Origin: an uncultured Acidobacteriota bacterium
Lineage (GTDB): Bacteria > Acidobacteriota > Thermoanaerobaculia > Gp7-AA8
Direction: 5' to 3'
Assembly: GCA_963822445.1 (NCBI GenBank)
Contig: CAWGHO010000002.1
Span: 576,001 to 640,000 of the forward strand
DNA length: 64,000 nt
The number at the start of each line of letters is the position of its first letter. Position 1 is the first letter of the stretch. The notes beneath the pieces are model-generated. The model did no database searches, was not told the DNA's origin, and worked only from the letters and a program-made list of their open reading frames with translations. Shown in pieces: positions 42,801 through 52,474 of this stretch. Made by a program: the position numbers and the translations under genes.

Positions 42801-45800
42801 CGTGACCTGCGTGGCCGGTCCGGTGGTGGCCACCGCGGGATCGCACACGAACACGGCCACGGCGTCGGGCACCTTCAACGCCATCGCCTACCCGTCCGAT
42901 CCGTCGTCGGCGATCTACGCGACGACCGGTCTGACCCTCGACAAGACTTCGGTCCAGACCTCCTTCACCGTCGCCGGCGACCCGCTGAACTACAACTACC
43001 TGGTCACAAACAGCGGCTTCGCGCCGCTGGTGGGGCCGGTCACCGTCTCCGACGACAAGGCCACCGTCACCTGCCCGGCGGTCACGACCGTGGGCGATCT
43101 GGACAACTTCCTCGACCCGGGCGAGTCCGTCACCTGCACGGCGACCTATTTCGTCACCGCGGGCGATGTCGCCGCCGGATTCGTGACCAACACCGCCACG
43201 GCCAGTGCCGACGGTGTCTCGTCGCCGCCCGACAGCGTGACGGTCATCTCCACCCTCGCCGCCGACGTCTCGGTGGTGAAGACGCTCGTTACCACCGGCC
43301 CGTACTACGCCGGCCAGTCGGTCACGTACACGCTGTTCGTCGAGAACAACGGTCCGTCGACCGCTACCAACGTCCAGGTCAACGACGGGCCGTCGAACCT
43401 GAGCATCACCAGCGTTTCCGGCGGCGGCTGCGTGGCCCTGCCCTGCACCATTCCCAGCATCGCCTCCGGCGGCGACGCGACCATCACCGTCACCGCGACC
43501 ATCACCGCGGCCGGTGTGTTCGACAACACCACCACGGTCGACGCCGACCAGCCCGATCCGGTCCCGGCGAACAACACCGACAGCGTCGACAACGACGGCA
43601 CCGCGGCCGCGTCGGCGGACGTGGAGATGGAGAAGATCCTCGACACCGCCGGCCCGTACTACGCCGGCCAGTCGATCACCTACTCCCTGTTCATCATCAA
43701 TTTCGGACCGTCGACCGCCACGAACGTCGACGTCACGGACACGCCGTCGAACCTGACCATCACCGGCGTCTCCGGCGGCGGCTGCGTCGCGCTGCCGTGC
43801 ACCATCCCCAGCATCCTCGCCACCGCGGACACGACCATCACCGTGACCGCGACCATCATCGCGGCAGGGGCGTTCGACAACACCGCCGACGCGTTCGCCG
43901 ACGAGTTCGATCCGGTGCTCGCCAACAACACCGACAGCGCCGGCAACGGCAACAACGCGGCGCCGGCCGCCGACGTTTCGATGGACAAGGACCTGGTCAC
44001 CGCCGGTCCGTACACCGTCGGCCAGACCGTCACCTACACCCTGACCGTCGCCAACGCCGGCCCGTCGACCGCGACGAACGTCCAGGTCACCGACACGCCG
44101 TCCAACCTCTCCATCACCGGCGTCTCCGGCAGCGGCTGCGCCGCGCTGCCGTGCACGATCCCCAGCATCCCCGCGAACACGGACACGGTCGTCACCGTCA
44201 CCGCCACCATCACCGCCGACGGCGCCTTCGACAACGAGGCCACCGCGATCGCCGCCGAGCTCGATCCGAACCTCACCGACAACACCGACGACGACGGCAA
44301 CAACGGCAGCACCGCCGTCTCGGCGGACGTGTCGATCCTGAAGACGCTGGTCACGGCCGGCCCGTACACGCCGGGCCAGAGCATCACCTACACGCTGTTC
44401 GTGGAGAACGGCGGACTGTCGACCGCGACGAACGTCCAGGTCACCGACACGCCGTCGAACCTCTCCATCACCGGCGTCTCCGGCGCCGGCTGCGCGGCCC
44501 TGCCGTGCACCATCCCCAGCATCGTCTCCGGCGGCGACGAGACCATCACCGTCACGGCGACCATCACCGCCGCCGGTGCGTTCGACAACGTGGCCACGGT
44601 CGACGCCGACGAGCCGGATCCCGATCCGGACGACAACGAGGACGACGAAGACAACGGCGGCAACGCCGTCGCGGCCAACGTCGGGATCGAGAAGATCATC
44701 ACCACGGCCGGCCCGTACTACATCGGCCAGTCCATCACCTTCACCCTGGACGTGAACAACGCCGGCCCGTCGACCGCGACCAGCGTTCAGGTCGCCGACA
44801 CGCCGTCGAACATGACCATCACCGGCGTCTCCGGCAGCGGCTGCGCGGCCCTGCCGTGCACCATCCCGTCGATCCTCGCCGGCACCGAGACCACCATCAC
44901 CGTCACCGCGACCCTGACCGCGGTCGGGCCGTTCGGCAATACCGCCACGGCCAACGGGGCCGAGCCCGATCCCGACTCGAGCGACAACACCGATACGGCA
45001 GGCGACGAATCGCTCCCATCCGCCGATGTCTCCATGGATAAGGACCTGGTCACCCAGGGTCCGTACACGATCGGCCAGAGCATCACCTACACGTTGACCG
45101 TCGCCAACGCCGGGCCGTCGACCGCGACGAACGTTCAGGTCACCGATACGCCCACGAACCTGACCATCACGAACGTCTCCGGCAGCGGCTGCGCGGCTTT
45201 GCCCTGCACCATCCCGAGCATCCCCGCGAACACGGACACGGTCATCACCGTCACCGCCACGATCGACGCCGCGGCACCGTTCGACAACACCGCCTCCGCG
45301 AACGGTGCCGAGCACGACCCCGACCCGGATGACAACACCGATGATGACGGCAACAACGGCATCGTCGGCGCGTCCGCGAACGTCTCGATCGAGAAGATCA
45401 TCACCACCGCCGGTCCGTACTACATCGGCCAGTCGGTCACGTTCACGCTCGAAGTCGGGAACCTCGGTCCGTCGGTCGCTACCAGCGTCCAGGTCGCCGA
45501 TATGCCGTCGAACATGACCATCACCGGCGTCTCCGGCAGCGGCTGCGCGGCACTGCCGTGCACCATCCCGTCGATCCCGGTCGGTACCGACACCACCATC
45601 ACCGTCACCGCGACCTTGACCGCAGTCGGCTCCTTCGGCAACACGGCCACCGCCAACGGCGCCGAGCCCGATCCCGATCCGGACGACAACACCGACACCG
45701 CCGGTGGCGAGTCACTCCCATCGGCCGATGTCTCCATGGACAAGGACCTGGTCACCCCGGGTCCGTACACGATCGGCCAGAGCATCACCTACACCCTGAC

Positions 45801-48294
45801 CGTCGCCAACGCCGGCCCGTCCACCGCGACCGCGGTTCAGGTCACCGACACGCCGACGAATCTGACCATCACCAACGTCTCCGGCAGCGGCTGCGCGGCT
45901 CTCCCGTGCACCATCCCCAGCATCCTGTCGACTGCGGACACGGTCATCACCGTCACCGCCACGATCGACGCCGCGGCACCGTTCGACAACACCGCCTCCG
46001 CGAACGGTGCCGAGCACGACCCCGACCCGGATGACAACACCGATGACGACGGCAACAACGGCATCGTCGGCGCGTCGGCCAACGTCGGGATCGAGAAGAT
46101 CATCACCACGGCCGGCCCGTACTACATCGGCCAGTCCATCACCTTCACCCTGGACGTGAACAACGCCGGCCCGTCGACCGCGACCAGCGTTCAGGTCGCC
46201 GACACGCCGTCGAACATGACCATCACCGGCGTCTCCGGCAGCGGCTGCGCCGCGCTGCCGTGCACCATCCCGTCGATCCTCGTCGGCACCGAGACCACCA
46301 TCACCGTCACCGCGACCTTGACCGCTGTCGGCTCCTTCGGCAACACGGCCACCGCCAACGGCGCCGATCCCGATCCCGATCCGGACGACAACACCGACAC
46401 CGCCGGTGGCGAGTCATTACCATCCGCCGACGTCTCCATGGATAAGGACCTCGTCACCGCGGGTCCGTTCAGCATCGGCCAGAGCATCACCTACACCCTG
46501 ACCGTCGCCAACGCCGGTCCGTCCACCGCGACGGCCGTCGAGGTCACCGACACGCCGACGAATCTGACCATCACAAACGTCTCCGGCAGCGGCTGCGCGG
46601 CTTTGCCCTGCACCATCCCGAGCATCCCCGCGAACACGGACACCGTCATCACCGTCACCGCCACGATCGACGCCGCGGCGCCGTTCGACAACACCGCCTC
46701 CGCGAACGGTGCCGAGCACGACCCCGACCCGGATGACAACACCGATGACGACGGCAACAACGGCATCGTCGGCGCGTCCGCGAACGTCTCGATCGAGAAG
46801 ATCATCACCACCGCCGGTCCGTACTACATCGGCCAGTCGGTCACGTTCACGCTCGAAGTCGGGAACCTCGGCCCGTCGGTCGCCACCAGCGTCCAGGTCG
46901 CCGACACGCCGTCGAACATGACCATCACCGGCGTCTCCGGCAGCGGCTGCGCGGCACTGCCGTGCACCATCCCGTCGATCCCGGTCGGTACCGACACCAC
47001 GATCACCGTCACGGCGACCCTGACCGCTGTCGGCTCCTTCGGCAACACGGCCACCGCCAACGGCGCCGAGCCCGATCCCGATCCGGACGACAACACCGAC
47101 ACCGCCGGTGGCGAGTCACTCCCATCGGCCGACGTCTCCATGGATAAGGACCTCGTCACCCCAGGTCCGTACACGATCGGCCAGAGCATCACCTACACTC
47201 TGACCGTCGCCAATGCCGGCCCTTCCACCGCCACCGCGGTTCAGGTCACCGACACGCCGACCAACCTCACCATCATCAGCGTCTCCGGCAGCGGCTGCGC
47301 GGCTCTGCCTTGCACGATTCCGAGCATCAACGTCAGTGCGGACACGACCATCACCATCACCGCAACGATCAACGCCGCGGGAGCGTTCGACAACTCGGCC
47401 ACGGCCACCGGTGCCGAGCACGACCCGAACCTCACCGACGACACCGATGACGACGGCAACAACGGCATCGTCGGCGATTCCGCGGACGTCTCCATCGTGA
47501 AGACGCTGACCACCGGAGGCCCGTTCAGCGTCGGCCAGTCGGTCAGCTACACGCTGCTCGTCGCCAACGCCGGTCCGTCGACCGCGACCTCCGTCCAGGT
47601 CACCGACACGCCCACGAATCTGGCCATCACCAGCGTGAGCGGCAGCGGCTGCGCGGCCCTGCCGTGCACGATCCCCAGCATCAACAGCGAAGCAAACACG
47701 CTGATCAATGTCACGGCGACGATCCTCGCCGCCGGTGCGTTCGACAACAGCGCCACCGCGACGTCACCGTTGCCCGATCCCGATCCGGTCGACAACACCG
47801 ATGACGACGACAACGGCGGCAGCACGACGGCGGCGGTCGATATCGCGGTCGTCAAGACCAGCTCGGCGCCGAACATCTTCATCGGCCAGTCGTTCTCTTT
47901 CACCATCGTCGTGACGAACAACGGTCCCGACACGGCGACCAACGTGACCCTGTCCGATCCGCTGCCGGCGAACTTTGCCCTCGACGCGACGGCAACGACC
48001 CAAGGCAGCTGCGCCGGCACGACCACGGTGAATTGTTCGCTCGGCACGATGCTCAACGGCTCGTCGGTCACGATCACCCTCACCGGCCACCCCACTGCCC
48101 CCGGCGCGATGCCGAACACGGCGACGGTGGTGAGCAATGAGTCCGAAGCGGTGACGGCGAACAACTCGTCGAGCTCGACGCCGATGGCTTCTCATGGACC
48201 GGAGCACATTCCGACGGCATCCGAGTGGGGCTTGATCCTCCTTGCCCTCTTCCTCGGCGCAGCCGGCGTGCTCGCGGTACGCACGACCACCTGA
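39886..48294 (+). CDS. Giant DUF11-repeat surface protein with an IPTL-CTERM sorting signal
   Basis: Signal peptide; many ADVS..K...G..Y..GQSITYTL.V.NAGPSTAT.V.VTD repeats; C-terminal IPTASEWGLILLALFLGAAGVLAVR. Confidence 0.93.
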   Translation: MPPSRSFSRFLGLSIACAVLFLAPAAHAALTIEPLTWNVVGLDSNTPTDGPNRFPVGARVCSSVNTTNVSVSFVWDSANAFINLRPGSLSTILIPSISAGDCADAYFEVEVDKNALAFDTARRYHITATDFSGTVSTPTPREIYVEHLISQSRNSISDVKYGTDPMNLTSVAPGGSMSLVVGNTYTIQLLGGTATQGYNQFEAFINFPNTIFQVLAVETTYSANNSPYVTGPAPLIHDQLYADACLWENDPNSPNYRSCVGGDFKSGGSTVITTYTIKIIGGGGTSEALNTLLYDFSGSSFHYNADFATGARVANIIDPASATISKSFSPNPTAVNGISVLTFTLTNPNPGTLGGYNFVDNLPANLQVAATPGVTSSGCGTPTITANAGASSITFANGTLAANATCLVNVNVTPTATGTFNNTTNNLFIGTIDTGDNAAASLTVNTDTPGTGLCGVTLASWTVPNGTTANPPDLTGGVPTVKAANVATATAAAFIPAGTSIVATSGHIDTTSWRTWGYKNDGQYIDFTVNTSNYTAVQMSFWVANPSPANGPTSLTVQVNNGGGFGAAVLTVPNPAIGFTQHTINLTGLTNTTGNTIFRIAATGANADTSGAALNFDDITFTGCTSAVDPTFSKSFSPDPIAVNGTSTLTFTITNTNAVALNNAKFIDTLPAGVQVAAVPAASTTCTGSPSWAPTAGSTTLNFGQTTGAIIPASGSCTVSVNVTATTGGPHSNVSGFLSTTETGTVNGSIASDTLTAVLPPAIDKLFSPSPILPGGTSTLTFTLTNPNQNDALSGVAFTDTFPVAPGAMTVASVPGATTSGCGAPTFSPAAGAGSVSFSGGTLAPGGTCTVTVNVTAPVVGTYANTSGNVSHVINAQTVNGNTASDSLDVDPPSPSIALLKQVSTSPSGPWTSFIAVPTGASVHFRFTVENTGDVPLTNISISDDTLNVATCNAAFTGLTLPVAVPANDNHIVTCVAGPVVATAGSHTNTATASGTFNAIAYPSDPSSAIYATTGLTLDKTSVQTSFTVAGDPLNYNYLVTNSGFAPLVGPVTVSDDKATVTCPAVTTVGDLDNFLDPGESVTCTATYFVTAGDVAAGFVTNTATASADGVSSPPDSVTVISTLAADVSVVKTLVTTGPYYAGQSVTYTLFVENNGPSTATNVQVNDGPSNLSITSVSGGGCVALPCTIPSIASGGDATITVTATITAAGVFDNTTTVDADQPDPVPANNTDSVDNDGTAAASADVEMEKILDTAGPYYAGQSITYSLFIINFGPSTATNVDVTDTPSNLTITGVSGGGCVALPCTIPSILATADTTITVTATIIAAGAFDNTADAFADEFDPVLANNTDSAGNGNNAAPAADVSMDKDLVTAGPYTVGQTVTYTLTVANAGPSTATNVQVTDTPSNLSITGVSGSGCAALPCTIPSIPANTDTVVTVTATITADGAFDNEATAIAAELDPNLTDNTDDDGNNGSTAVSADVSILKTLVTAGPYTPGQSITYTLFVENGGLSTATNVQVTDTPSNLSITGVSGAGCAALPCTIPSIVSGGDETITVTATITAAGAFDNVATVDADEPDPDPDDNEDDEDNGGNAVAANVGIEKIITTAGPYYIGQSITFTLDVNNAGPSTATSVQVADTPSNMTITGVSGSGCAALPCTIPSILAGTETTITVTATLTAVGPFGNTATANGAEPDPDSSDNTDTAGDESLPSADVSMDKDLVTQGPYTIGQSITYTLTVANAGPSTATNVQVTDTPTNLTITNVSGSGCAALPCTIPSIPANTDTVITVTATIDAAAPFDNTASANGAEHDPDPDDNTDDDGNNGIVGASANVSIEKIITTAGPYYIGQSVTFTLEVGNLGPSVATSVQVADMPSNMTITGVSGSGCAALPCTIPSIPVGTDTTITVTATLTAVGSFGNTATANGAEPDPDPDDNTDTAGGESLPSADVSMDKDLVTPGPYTIGQSITYTLTVANAGPSTATAVQVTDTPTNLTITNVSGSGCAALPCTIPSILSTADTVITVTATIDAAAPFDNTASANGAEHDPDPDDNTDDDGNNGIVGASANVGIEKIITTAGPYYIGQSITFTLDVNNAGPSTATSVQVADTPSNMTITGVSGSGCAALPCTIPSILVGTETTITVTATLTAVGSFGNTATANGADPDPDPDDNTDTAGGESLPSADVSMDKDLVTAGPFSIGQSITYTLTVANAGPSTATAVEVTDTPTNLTITNVSGSGCAALPCTIPSIPANTDTVITVTATIDAAAPFDNTASANGAEHDPDPDDNTDDDGNNGIVGASANVSIEKIITTAGPYYIGQSVTFTLEVGNLGPSVATSVQVADTPSNMTITGVSGSGCAALPCTIPSIPVGTDTTITVTATLTAVGSFGNTATANGAEPDPDPDDNTDTAGGESLPSADVSMDKDLVTPGPYTIGQSITYTLTVANAGPSTATAVQVTDTPTNLTIISVSGSGCAALPCTIPSINVSADTTITITATINAAGAFDNSATATGAEHDPNLTDDTDDDGNNGIVGDSADVSIVKTLTTGGPFSVGQSVSYTLLVANAGPSTATSVQVTDTPTNLAITSVSGSGCAALPCTIPSINSEANTLINVTATILAAGAFDNSATATSPLPDPDPVDNTDDDDNGGSTTAAVDIAVVKTSSAPNIFIGQSFSFTIVVTNNGPDTATNVTLSDPLPANFALDATATTQGSCAGTTTVNCSLGTMLNGSSVTITLTGHPTAPGAMPNTATVVSNESEAVTANNSSSSTPMASHGPEHIPTASEWGLILLALFLGAAGVLAVRTTT
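44677..47484 (+). repeat. Four tandem 702-bp coding repeats with a 1404-bp higher-order period
   Basis: Units start at 44677, 45379, 46081 and 46783. Units 1 and 3 share VGIEK..TLDVNNAG; units 2 and 4 share VSIEK..TLEVGNLG. Confidence 0.9.
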
Positions 48295-48295
48295 C

Positions 48296-48358
48296 GTGTG
48301 GTGTGGGCCTCTGGCCTACCTTTCTTTCGAGAGGTAGGCCTGGAGGCCCACACTACAC
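48296..48358. repeat. GTRG REP-like inverted pair / bidirectional terminator
   Basis: GTGTGGTGTGGGCCTCTGGCCTACC ... GGTAGGCCTGGAGGCCCACACTACAC, between convergent genes. Confidence 0.8.
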
Positions 48359-48367
48359 CGCCGCCTT

Positions 48368-51300
48368 CTAGTTCACCTGAACCGTCACCGTCGCGGCGCT
48401 GGCCGCGCCGTTTCCGTCGGTGATCGTGTAGCTGAACGTATCCGTGCCGGTGAAGCCTTTGCGCGCGCGGTAACGGATCGCGCCGTTGGAGCCGAGGCTC
48501 ACGCTTCCGTGCGTCGGGCGGCCCACTGACTGCACCGACAGCGCGTCGCCGTCGACGTCGGTGTCGTTGCCGAGGACGGAGATGGTGCGCTCGCCGTTCT
48601 TCGGACAACTCGCCGAATCGTTTTTCGCGACCGGTGCGTCATTCACAGCGGCGATGGAGACAGTCACCGTCGCGGTCGACGTCGCGCCGTGCGCATCGCT
48701 GACCGTGTACGAGAACGTGTCCGCACCGTTGTAGTTGGCGTTGGGAACGTAGGAGATCGTGCCATCGGCGTTCGCCGTGGCCGCGCCGTGACTGGCGCTG
48801 CCGGCGGAGATGACGCTCAGCGCGTCGCCATTGGGATCGCTGTCGTTGCCGAGGACGTTGATGGTGGTCGCCTGATCCTCCATCGTCGCGGCGTTGTCGT
48901 TCGCGGCCACCGGCGCACCGTTGACCTTGACCGTCACCCTGGCGGTGTCCGATCCGCCGAAGCCGTCGCTGATCGAGTAGTAGAAGGTGTCGCTGCCTGT
49001 GAATCCGGCGTTCGGCGTGTACGTGACCGACGAGCCGTTGTGGCTGGCCGTGCCGTTCGCTGGATCGGTAACCGAGGTCACGAAGATCGCGTCGTCATCG
49101 GGATCGCTGTCGTTGGCCAGCACGGCGATCGTCGCCGAGGTTCCGGCTGCGGTCACCGCGTTGTCATCGGCCGCATCGGGCATCCGGTTCTGCGACGGGC
49201 CGCACAGGGTGATGCCGGTATCGCGGAAGCGGACGTCATCGACCCACCATCCGAGATCGCCGAGGTTCGCGTCGGTGCGCAGGCGCCAGCGGACTTTGAT
49301 GGTCTTGCCGGCCAGCGCGCCGAGATTCACTTCGACTTCATCCATTGAGGGGAACGACGCAGACTGTCCCGTCCAGGCCTGGCGGCCGCCGTAAACCGAC
49401 GCCTCGCCGGAGTACGCGCCTTTCACGAACACGCCGCCGGCGTCCTTGACGTCCTTCCAGGTCACGCCGTTGTCGGTGGTCACTTCGAGCACTCCGCCGT
49501 CGAACGTCACTTCCGTCCGATAGCGATGCCAGAAGTTGAGCTTCGTCGCCGCGGTCACGAGCACCGCCGGCGAGATCAGGCGATCGTCCTTGTTCGAGGA
49601 GATGTCGGTGGCGTCGCTGAACCAGGCGTTCATGAAGCTGCTGGTCAGCGGATCGATGACCGGCATCCAGGTGAGCGGGGAGACGCCGAGCTTCTCGACG
49701 CCGAGGTTTGCATTGGAGAACGTCCATCCCGGCTCCGGCGCGGGCTCGAGATCATCGCTGAACGAGCCGAGGCAGGTACGGACGATGGTGACCGTGGCTT
49801 TGTTCGTTCCGCCGCGGCCGTCGCTGACGGTGTAGGTGAACGAATCCTGCGACGCGAAGCCGCCGCCCGGCGTGTAGGTCACGTGCGTGCCGTTGTTCGC
49901 GACGCGTCCGAACGTTCCCTGGGTCACGGCGCTGACGGTCAGCGTGTCGCCGTCAGCATCACTGTCATTTGCCAATACTTCGATGACGGCTGGTGTCGAC
50001 GAAGAGGCATAGCCGACGTCGGCGACCGCGCTCGGCGCATCCTGCACGCCGGCCACGTTCACGTTCACAACCGCCGAGGCGGTTCCGCCGCGGCCGTCGC
50101 TGATGACGTACGAGAAGGACATCGCGCCGCTGGTGTTCGGCTTCGGCGTGAAGCGCACGGTGCCGTTCGCGTTGATGGTCGCGCTGCTGCCGTTGCTGGC
50201 GGTGACGGCGCGGACGGTGAGCGTGTCGCCGTCCGGATCGGAGTCATTGGCGATGACGTTCACGTCGATGGCGATGTCTTCGGTCGTCGACGCGGAATCA
50301 TTCACCGCGCGCGGCGCCGCGTTCGGACCGAAGTTTTCCTGATTGACGACGTACGGGCATGAGCCGAGGGCGACGTCGGAGGTGAGACTGGAGACCGTTG
50401 AGAAGTCGCGGCGGCCGTAAAGCTCGAAGCCTTCCAGCTTCTCGCCGGGGACGAGCGCGGGTGCGCCGGGGATGTTGGCGAGGACGATCGTGACTTCGTC
50501 GTTGTTGACGTCGTAGCCGCCCGGAAGGGACGGGACCAGAACGGTGGTGCCGAGACGCAGCGAGCGGGCGCTCGTACCGTCGATGTTCCGATCGGCACGG
50601 ATCTGATAGCGCTTGCCGGCGTAATCGAAGTACCAGCGGTAGCTGTGGGTGATCGCGGGAGGCGCGATCATGTCCTTGAGGTCCTTCACCTTGATGTGGA
50701 AGACCACCGCGTTCGCCGCGGCATCCCAGCGGATGTAGCCCTGGGTGATGTCGAGATTGTCGTCGCTGCCGACGCCCGGGTCGGGCTCGGCGATGAGCAC
50801 GCCGGTCGAGATGCGCGTGGCGTCACCGGCCTTGTCGACGACCTGCGGCAGCGTCGGGCCGCACGGCGGAACGGTGTCGTCCGGGGCGTAGCGGGTGAGC
50901 GTCGAAGCGGTCGGTTCTCGATCGAGCAGCCAGATCTCGAGACCGTCGCCGTCGGGATGGCCCTTCGCTTCGAGATTGAACATGTCGGCGATGGGACCTT
51001 CAGGATTCAGCGGGACTTCCGTGTAACGCGTGCGCAGCACATCCCACGAGTAAGGCTCGGTTCCGTGGAAGCAAGGCGTGAGAGTCGGATTGCGATCGAG
51101 CTCGGTGAGCTCCCACTTGCCGACGAAGCCGCCGGTGTTGTGCATCAGCGAGCCGTCCCAGTCGGTGTTGCGGCAATCGACGGTGACCGGGCCTTCGACG
51201 GTGTAAAGGTCGGGCGAGTTGAAGGCGTAATGCATCAACTCATGCGCGGCGACGGCGCCGAAGTGCAGTTCGTCTTCCCAGGGAACGACGAGCTGGCCGA

Positions 51301-52024
51301 TGCGGCCGACGTAGAAGCCGATGCAGGGGTTGTCGATCTGCCAGCCGCTCCAGGTGTGGCTGTCGAACGAGACCGTCGACTGCACGATGACGTCGGCGAC
51401 GGTCGTGTTCTGGCCGTCGCAGGCCACGCCGCCCTGCGGGTCGCCGAAGGGCTGATTCACGGCGTAATCGAGATTCGTGTCGGTGACGACGACTTTGCCC
51501 ATCCGGGCGAAGCCGTCCAGCGCGTCGTACAGGCGCTCGGCGAAGATGTTCATGCCGTTGGCGAGATCCTGCAGCGCGAGATCGTGCGGAATGTCGGGCG
51601 GCAGGCTGTTCAGATCGAGCTGCACGAGCATGTTGATCGTGTAGACCTCGCCGTTCCAGCTCGTGTACGCGTTCACGGCGTCGAACGACTTGATCGTGGA
51701 GAGCTCGCCGCTGAGGGTGTCCTCGACCCTCCAGTAGTAGGTCTTGCCGCGGGTGAGGTCCGAGGCCACGGCGAGCTGGGACGTGTCGGCCACGCCCGGA
51801 ACCGCGCTGACGCTGCGGTCGAGAGCGGTCGGGCTTTCGCCGTAGTGCACCACCCCCATGACCGGCTGGGATGCCTTCCAGACGAAGACGCCGCGGAAGC
51901 CGGTCTTCGTGGCGAAGCCGTCAGTTTCCAGAAACAGCGACTGTGCGAAAGCCAGGGGCGCGATCAGGAAAACCAGGGAAAAAACTGCAAAACGTAGAGG
52001 CCTGCCGGACGACAACTGAAACAT
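48368..52024 (-). CDS. Secreted multidomain zinc metalloprotease (FN3-like, HExxH zincin, beta-sandwich, five Ig-like repeats)
   Basis: GGAGG RBS before MFQLSSG; signal peptide; AAHELMHYAFNSPDLY; FDGGVLEV..GWWVDDV; repeated V(L/I)(A/G)ND(S/T)D.DGD Big_9-type units. Confidence 0.88.
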   Translation of the reverse strand: MFQLSSGRPLRFAVFSLVFLIAPLAFAQSLFLETDGFATKTGFRGVFVWKASQPVMGVVHYGESPTALDRSVSAVPGVADTSQLAVASDLTRGKTYYWRVEDTLSGELSTIKSFDAVNAYTSWNGEVYTINMLVQLDLNSLPPDIPHDLALQDLANGMNIFAERLYDALDGFARMGKVVVTDTNLDYAVNQPFGDPQGGVACDGQNTTVADVIVQSTVSFDSHTWSGWQIDNPCIGFYVGRIGQLVVPWEDELHFGAVAAHELMHYAFNSPDLYTVEGPVTVDCRNTDWDGSLMHNTGGFVGKWELTELDRNPTLTPCFHGTEPYSWDVLRTRYTEVPLNPEGPIADMFNLEAKGHPDGDGLEIWLLDREPTASTLTRYAPDDTVPPCGPTLPQVVDKAGDATRISTGVLIAEPDPGVGSDDNLDITQGYIRWDAAANAVVFHIKVKDLKDMIAPPAITHSYRWYFDYAGKRYQIRADRNIDGTSARSLRLGTTVLVPSLPGGYDVNNDEVTIVLANIPGAPALVPGEKLEGFELYGRRDFSTVSSLTSDVALGSCPYVVNQENFGPNAAPRAVNDSASTTEDIAIDVNVIANDSDPDGDTLTVRAVTASNGSSATINANGTVRFTPKPNTSGAMSFSYVISDGRGGTASAVVNVNVAGVQDAPSAVADVGYASSSTPAVIEVLANDSDADGDTLTVSAVTQGTFGRVANNGTHVTYTPGGGFASQDSFTYTVSDGRGGTNKATVTIVRTCLGSFSDDLEPAPEPGWTFSNANLGVEKLGVSPLTWMPVIDPLTSSFMNAWFSDATDISSNKDDRLISPAVLVTAATKLNFWHRYRTEVTFDGGVLEVTTDNGVTWKDVKDAGGVFVKGAYSGEASVYGGRQAWTGQSASFPSMDEVEVNLGALAGKTIKVRWRLRTDANLGDLGWWVDDVRFRDTGITLCGPSQNRMPDAADDNAVTAAGTSATIAVLANDSDPDDDAIFVTSVTDPANGTASHNGSSVTYTPNAGFTGSDTFYYSISDGFGGSDTARVTVKVNGAPVAANDNAATMEDQATTINVLGNDSDPNGDALSVISAGSASHGAATANADGTISYVPNANYNGADTFSYTVSDAHGATSTATVTVSIAAVNDAPVAKNDSASCPKNGERTISVLGNDTDVDGDALSVQSVGRPTHGSVSLGSNGAIRYRARKGFTGTDTFSYTITDGNGAASAATVTVQVN

Positions 52025-52138
52025 CGATTCCTCCGTATCTCTCTCTGCGATTCCCTTGTGGATGGTAGTACTACGACCAGGATCGTACCAGAAAGCAGAG
52101 AACGGGCCAACTGCCGGAAACCCTTGTAGACTCACGCG

Positions 52139-52474
52139 ATGGCCGACCACTACTACTCCCCCGACCACCTCGGCGCCTTCGCGGACATCGCCGAAGGGGC
52201 GCCCGAACTGGCGAAAAAGTTCTTTGACTACTACGGCGCCGTGTTCGCCGCCGGCGCCCTCACCGAACGGGAGAAAGCGCTGATCGCCCTGGCCGTCGCC
52301 CACACCGTCCAGTGCCCGTACTGCATCGACGCCTACACCACGACCAGCTTGGAGAAAGGGGCCGACCTCGAGCAGATGACCGAGGCGGTTCATGTAGCCT
52401 GCGCGATCCGGGGCGGGTCTTCCCTCGTACATGGGATGCAGATGAAAGGTCACGCGAAGAAGGCGGGGATGTGA
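52139..52474 (+). CDS. AhpD/CMD-family peroxidase-like protein (arsenosugar-associated type)
   Basis: GALTEREKALIALAVAH..QCPYCIDAY; EAVHVA..IRGGSSLVHG. Confidence 0.88.
   Translation: MADHYYSPDHLGAFADIAEGAPELAKKFFDYYGAVFAAGALTEREKALIALAVAHTVQCPYCIDAYTTTSLEKGADLEQMTEAVHVACAIRGGSSLVHGMQMKGHAKKAGM

Noticed and set aside
41950-45315. 1121-aa antisense ORF, and similar long shadow ORFs (11524-13599, 32607-34715, 9305-11017, 27696-29639, 19805-21355)
   Set aside because: They lie opposite or out of frame with well-supported genes. They are the expected result of high GC3 codon bias and show no protein motifs.
44677-47484. Tandem repeats as a mobile element or DGR template
   Set aside because: The repeats are in-frame protein domains, the differences are not adenine-specific, and no reverse transcriptase is present.
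52025-52453. N-terminal extension of the 1361-aa ORF
   Set aside because: It overlaps the AhpD-like gene on the other strand; the RBS and signal peptide point to ATG 52024.
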